31,200 nt of DNA from Candidatus Poribacteria bacterium (lineage in GTDB: Bacteria; Poribacteria; WGA-4E; UBA9662): contig JAYZAL010000061.1 in NCBI GenBank assembly GCA_036339735.1, forward strand, positions 1 through 31,200. The letters run 5' to 3'. A program made the position numbers and the translations under genes. Below, piece after piece: positions 29,101-31,200 of the stretch; position 1 is the stretch's first letter, and every line of letters starts with the position of its first letter. The notes under the pieces were generated by a model. The model saw only the letters and a list, made by a program, of their open reading frames with translations, was not told where the DNA came from and made no database searches.

Positions 29101-31200
29101 TTAAATTATACGGATATATCGGGGACAAAAATGAAGATCGTCTAATTTCTACAGCTGAGACGTCTGGTCAAGGTAATAGTTTCGTATTCAAATTTGGCCC
29201 GACCTCATCTGAAAATCAAAATGAAGATGTTTTATTCTCCGTCAATTCAGGGGAAACATTCTATATCGATTTAGCGATTGATCCTAGCAAATTAACAACG
29301 CTCGAAAATCGACAACAAATAGTACAGCTAAGTTTGTCTCTGAGTAATATCGAGACTACTGCTGTCGGTGGATTAAGTCAATCCTATGATGATTATGGCC
29401 AACCGAAGGGCCATCGCTGGAGAGATGAACTCCAGCCAGCATTGGATTCTCCATTAGAGATTAGAGTGGAATTAGTCAAAAAACAACCACTGACCGTATC
29501 ACCGAAGTTTGTTGAGCTCCGTTACCAAGCAGGTGGTGTCACCCAGATGTATGATCCTTCAACTGACAATTGGGTGTCTCCGAGAATAATTTTCACCAAT
29601 GAAACCAGCTTAGAAAAAACTTATTCACTAGAAGAGACAGCTCGAGTTTCACCGCCCGGTTTGGTATCACTCACACCGGTTGACAGTGATTCTAATAATC
29701 CGTTACCTGATGGGTCAGCGGATATTAGCGACATTAAAACTTTGTTTACTGATGACGATCTGACTGTAGAAATTAGCTATAGTGGAGCTTTGACTCACCA
29801 TCAAGATCAGAAAATTATCGGCCAAATATTGATAGACACAGGCCGGCCTGACAACACTATGTCAGCACCTCCGGCTAGTCATTTCGGCTTTGGATCCAAC
29901 CAGACAATGGCAGTCGATTTACAGGTTGAATTGATCCAAGTTAATGGGAAAGTTGTAGCTGAATTGAATGACACTCAGGATTCCGACCCAATCGGTCGTT
30001 TCTTGGTCAAGCACGTTTTTGGTCAAGCCGGCCAAACCAATCAGTTACTGGTTAGAATTCCTAGGTCTTTGTTGGATAAGTCGGATAAACAACCGATCGG
30101 TTTAGCGGTTCAGCTGGAGGAAGATTGGATGCCGAATCGGGATTTACAGGCTGCGACCATCGCTTTTACTGATGTTGGACCTTGGACACCAACTGACCTC
30201 AGCTGGTTCCAGCTGGAAGCCAATAATGTAGCCTTAGGCATAGATGAAGCAACGAAAACTAAAAGTTTAAATGTCACTATGCCAAATCCACCAAGTGCAG
30301 GTATTCACTATGCCAGTCTAAAAATTGATGATGGTAATGGCTTCTCATTCAATCTCCCAATCAGTCTGTCGGTCAGTGATAACCAATTAGCCAACTTAGA
30401 CATAAGACCTAGGACAGTGGGTGAAGATATTCTAGTCCGGGTAGGTGACACCTACCAATTCTCCGTGATTGGAAAGGATATTAATGGTCTGAACGTGGAT
30501 ATCAGCGGACAAACAGTCATCAACTGGGTTGTGGGTGATCCTACCAAAGGTGGAGTATCGTCCACTGGTTTATTTAATGCTATTGCTGTTGGTTCAGTCA
30601 GAGTGGAAGCTAGTATTGGCAATGTGGTAGGTCAATCGGCTAGGATCGAGATTATAGAGAAGATTTTGGGCGATTCGACTGGTACGACTCCATCGATAGA
30701 CTACCCAGATGGTCAGCCAGATGGCAAAGTAGATATCTTTGATCTGGTCAATATGGCTAATCATTGGCATCAGACTGAATCTGATACAACTGCCAGTGTT
30801 AAGGAGTTTAAAGCTCTGGATATTGCTGGTAAAGGTGGATTCGATCAGGTAGACAAGAAAGTTGATATTTTTGATCTAGTAGTTTTAGTAGACAATTACG
30901 GTACTGGAATAACACCTGCACCTGCACTGGCCGCACCGGCGATCCTGGCTTCATTACCCACTTTCGAGGGTGGAAGTAGCGATTTGCAAGTAGTCAGCAC
31001 CGATAATACCAGTCAATCTGGTAGCCGAGTTCGTACGATTATTGATCAGCAAATCGAGCTAGACATACTACTGAATCAAGTGCCTAATCTGTATGCCTAT
31101 AGCTACGATCTGGTCTACGATCAACAAAAGTTAGACTTAATAACTCAGGAAGATGGCCGACCTGTCTTCCAAGATGGATCTATGTTCAGAACTGAAACGG
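20187..31200 (+). CDS. giant secreted multidomain protein (>3670 aa, 3' end outside the window): zinc metalloprotease, beta-helix, 10 LRR modules, LamG, Ig, dockerin, cohesin-like
   Basis: GAGGTG RBS and ATG 20187. Manual translation stays open to the window end (MKRPADQKIICHIYQLLVVVLFSTSLMA... to ...FQDGSMFRTET). The lack of any long + ORF here in the supplied track agrees with there being no in-frame stop. Confidence 0.93.
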   Translation, partial: MKRPADQKIICHIYQLLVVVLFSTSLMASPYIFDGYDHQHNGIAHHHSHDQDEYQFNRLSDAVPIDLNKNHLKVLPVLLIPSDLNPTVADKDTVAGQIKTLMLEVQTFYQDQMAADGYLDDDGIGKTFELVEDPSGQVTVYQKVGAHSLSEYDSWAANWSGNLINNIYPDLGSDNTLQADYPEDRTIYYVVMLDVAYTGGIAKANSPSSGICVVSTENLNSALTTHELGHAFGLGHDWRPATFGADGRQKYYILGYRWFGKSGSDIILSSLAKAIVGSSPFFNRGDFDSFDITAFSAPQIEVSSNSSYPSGSMTHQVDFTITDNDGLHMVAFYGRADVGSSFSNYRYNGDTVPISSIPGESFSLIDGRTSFTGSYNFGTHESATTDLETFYSPGSSSQQAEVRQVYLLAIDRTGKQTWHNILLYHENRIPTRHIIEAGESLNEVLYSRAWPKDEIIFNADSVETEPIYIYKNNLKISSADPKNPRRIPVEVRIEGAKSIRLSSLSMPNVYMAPDSTDITVENCEITNPNSYPYVGVDIGQGAEVTLVNTLIYDHNVGVQLAGADLSVINCTIVDNTYEFLSPGTNTINIVNTIFAENSSGWDVPSSQLINISNSLFDRPLPTNVSAENGNISGDPKFQDAANRDYQLQDSSPAIDAGSTNITSLPNTDKIDNQRIFGDTVDIGAYENGSLRQTVTVNIPDTNLRSLLEQALGKGNGDSITDLELDGLSGQLDASSSSISNLAGLEYCINLTVLNLHDNQISDLSALSNLLTSLTELDLSQNRISNIRPISNLTKVTDLNLLGNQITDISLLSNLANLIELNLGGNQITDISVLSNLSNLAELNLLGNQLPAEAGLIIQELKDRSVNVTHGFIQEPIDVNIPDANLRKLLEWELGKNAGDPINHLEMASIVSFWGLNRLSNFISDLTGLEYCVNLTRLDLRHNQYISDLSPLSNLTKLTHLDLEDNQVRDLSPLANLTSLTHLYLPGRAGKNQISDIGPLSNLTNLKVLVLSGHPFGGNISLLSNLVNLTYLDLEVNQVRDLSPLANLTSLTHLNLHINQISDISPLSNLVNLTYLSLGENQITNLRTLSNLTNLESLHLSGNPIINISSLSGLTNLTELYLSSNRHRDEIRDITPLYSLTSLEELGLSHTKIKDTSFLYNMTRLTRLVLVDNQLEDINFVSNLTNLTDLTLNSLMSEEPYANQITDITPLTHLDNLTELYLYNNQISDIGPLSNLTNLNRLYLYSNQINDISPLSNLSNLTVLDLQQNPLTTRSTSIIQELRGTGATVLHDDPLPEVVIASIPDTNLRKLLEQELGKDVDDPISVSELSALSDRLDLSDANIGDVRGLEHCNNLNELKLNANQITDITPLTHLDNLTELYLHNNQINDIGPLSNLTNLTELYLSSNRISDIISLSNLSNLTYLDLENNPLTDSAESIIRILQNNQTTVQYNPIPTALVVKIPDVNLRYQIEQALSKDSGASITRIELGQISNLDASNSSITDLRGLEHCTNLTNLNLSSNQITDLGPLYSLTNLGDLNLHNNQISHLGILSNLPYLYSLNLSDNQLDNIASLSRLSYLEVLDVQNNHLSASAGSVIQKLRDGATTVIHDPIPAAIIVNIPDSNLRTALEGELGKNPGEPITDLELSELHRPTEAQNTGGWLYLVSRNITDLRGLEYCTNLTKLNLSSNQITDLSPLYSLTNLGDLRLTNNQISDIEPLSSLVNLTNLELGANQIDDTSPLSNLISLTELALSINQITDVSSLSSLTSLTDLDLRHNLVKDLTPLSNLSELRFLNLGGNRVDYIGSLSKNNYPHLIYLDLKENPLTASAGSIIQGLKDDGINVEHESIPEAQFVNFPDANLKAILEQALGKDSGATITDLELNEISRIDASGSNITDLTGLELCHNLINLDLSHNQISGITSLAGLISLTDLDLDNNQISDISPLTDLINLINLNLVGNQLTANADSIIHTFKEAGTTVIHDEIPEIIPDANLRHKIEQALGKYSGDPISHLELAELSQSLDASGAGITDLSGLQHCTNLTSLNLKNNQIDDITLLTNLSNLTQLELSGNNISDLSSLSRLTTLNQLELEDNSLTSIGDLKDLVQLQVLRLDKNQITEISSLSGLNQLIELSLSGNQIVDISSLSRLTDLAKLHLYENEIIDLRPISDLTDLTRLSLSDNKITNLSPLEKLTQLTHIYLDGNEVSDLSILSNLDNATELWLGQNQIRDISPLSNLAGLTNLSLPDNQISYLGTVDSLNQLAIIDLRDNQISHINELSDLSQLSELKLEGNPLKAGARSIIQDLKTDGAIVTHDEIPTNIIEDSNLRAVLQEALNISQNDPVTAADLDDPNLTTLTASGRSISDLTGLEYGIYLTNLDLSGNDIDNITPLLSHSGLGSGHVVDLTGNPLTYEIYSKQIPALTEKGVTVYFNPPGDTIFIPDANLQRILATAFGLEDTNQFIPSSHFSTLTELDAPLSSITNLNGLEHCVNLKQLSLEYNNINNIDILSSLNQLSYLALSFNQIDDISSLEELINLDEVYLDNNRIKNIQSLVDNDGIDSDSDYLLLTHNPLSNVSMTHLIPQLESRNVTVSADYIDNVIAFSDPNLEGLIRAKLDQPIELLTTTNTSSLKDLDAQNSGITNLDGLNDLKNLNELNISFNPLSEHAAFHQIDELQISGVEVTHAVGHWLVDRQQDSDPIEVLSKPDEIDSEPDLASTPYLDGTHDWVAIPNRILINLGGPSVNKTITTIFKVDNSSIEQHKQVIYEQGGDKRGLNLYVHKGRLYGGGYNREVSENNWQGEWISTSISSDKWYKASLVLRRNTQVIEDINLELWLNGNLISIQPAAKIYGDTGEIGIGNVNQSTLFHDGTSRQQPNHFFAGSIASISIYNTALPENSLQAMTIGSLASLETIWSDDPEQPSTIEYSSDEIIKPLGKLNFKPVNGSSTIKSIRWYLAPDGHGDELDAPKTLANPAAIKLYGYIGDKNEDRLISTAETSGQGNSFVFKFGPTSSENQNEDVLFSVNSGETFYIDLAIDPSKLTTLENRQQIVQLSLSLSNIETTAVGGLSQSYDDYGQPKGHRWRDELQPALDSPLEIRVELVKKQPLTVSPKFVELRYQAGGVTQMYDPSTDNWVSPRIIFTNETSLEKTYSLEETARVSPPGLVSLTPVDSDSNNPLPDGSADISDIKTLFTDDDLTVEISYSGALTHHQDQKIIGQILIDTGRPDNTMSAPPASHFGFGSNQTMAVDLQVELIQVNGKVVAELNDTQDSDPIGRFLVKHVFGQAGQTNQLLVRIPRSLLDKSDKQPIGLAVQLEEDWMPNRDLQAATIAFTDVGPWTPTDLSWFQLEANNVALGIDEATKTKSLNVTMPNPPSAGIHYASLKIDDGNGFSFNLPISLSVSDNQLANLDIRPRTVGEDILVRVGDTYQFSVIGKDINGLNVDISGQTVINWVVGDPTKGGVSSTGLFNAIAVGSVRVEASIGNVVGQSARIEIIEKILGDSTGTTPSIDYPDGQPDGKVDIFDLVNMANHWHQTESDTTASVKEFKALDIAGKGGFDQVDKKVDIFDLVVLVDNYGTGITPAPALAAPAILASLPTFEGGSSDLQVVSTDNTSQSGSRVRTIIDQQIELDILLNQVPNLYAYSYDLVYDQQKLDLITQEDGRPVFQDGSMFRTET
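20400..21450 (+). other. metzincin-type zinc metalloprotease domain plus adjoining beta domain of the giant protein
   Basis: HELGHAFGLGH (HExxHxxGxxH) encoded at 20862-20894, preceded by 'EVQTFYQDQM...G.GKTFEL'. Boundaries approximate. Confidence 0.85.
21480..22245 (+). other. right-handed parallel beta-helix with a choice-of-anchor-Q-like tail
   Basis: Coils 'ITVENCEITN', 'LVNTLIYDH', 'VINCTIVDN' and 'IVNTIFAEN', then 'GDPKFQDAANRDYQLQDSSPAIDAG...VDIGAYE'. Confidence 0.85.
22278..28227 (+). repeat. array of ten capped internalin/SDS22-type leucine-rich-repeat modules (~67 repeats of 22 aa)
   Basis: N-caps of the form '(I/F)PDxNLR..(L/I)EQALGK..G..IT..EL' start at about 22278, 22824, 24090, 24567, 25041, 25749, 26145, 27141, 27495 and 27981. 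Repeats follow 'LTxLxLxxNQIxDIxPLSNL'. C-caps follow 'NPL....SIIQ.L...G.TV.H'. Confidence 0.93.
28230..28875 (+). other. LamG-like jellyroll (concanavalin A-like) domain
   Basis: Motifs 'LDGTHDWVAIP', 'KQVIYEQGGDKRGLNLYV', 'DKWYKASLV', 'LWLNG' and 'FAGSIASISIYNTAL'. Confidence 0.85.
30387..30660 (+). other. bacterial Ig-like (Big_2-type) domain
   Basis: 'LDIRP...VRVGDTYQFSVIGKDING...NWVVGDPTKGGVSSTGLFNAIAVGSVRVEASIG'. Confidence 0.8.
30669..30902 (+). other. dockerin-like duplicated Ca2+-binding motif
   Basis: 'GD...DGKVDIFDLVNMANHW' and 'LD...DKKVDIFDLVVLVDNYG', followed by a 'PAPALAAP' linker. Confidence 0.8.
31040..31200 (+). other. start of a cohesin-like beta-sandwich (truncated by the window)
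   Basis: 'QQIELDILLNQVPNLYAYSYDLVYDQQKL' fits the cohesin pattern 'v.v.v....nl.g.qf.l.YD...L'. Confidence 0.55.

Overview
Bacterial, AT-rich window (roughly 40% GC by eye), with no rRNA, tRNA, CRISPR array or mobile element visible. The protein styles point to Candidatus Poribacteria; this is inference from the LRR caps, the dockerin/'AAP' tail and the PhyH expansion. The first ~19.5 kb is a loose catabolic neighbourhood: four PhyH-family Fe(II) dioxygenases, three unusual glycoside-hydrolase-like genes (an uncharacterised TIM-barrel protein, a divergent GH117-like propeller and a GH32 lacking its acid/base Glu), an M20 amidohydrolase, a nitrilase-family hydrolase, a DUF6807/'PmoA-family' protein, a lipoprotein, a DegT aminotransferase, a Gfo/Idh/MocA oxidoreductase, a cupin and a secreted PHP hydrolase. 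The last 11 kb (20187 to beyond 31200) is one giant + strand ORF of >3670 aa, absent from the supplied ORF track because it has no stop in the window. Its order is: signal peptide, His-rich stretch, HExxHxxGxxH zinc protease, beta-helix, ten separately capped internalin-type LRR modules (~67 repeats, with recent internal DNA duplications), LamG, unknown beta domains, Ig (Big_2), dockerin, and a cohesin-like domain. A candidate ~50-nt sRNA/attenuator lies at 8881-8965 on the minus strand.
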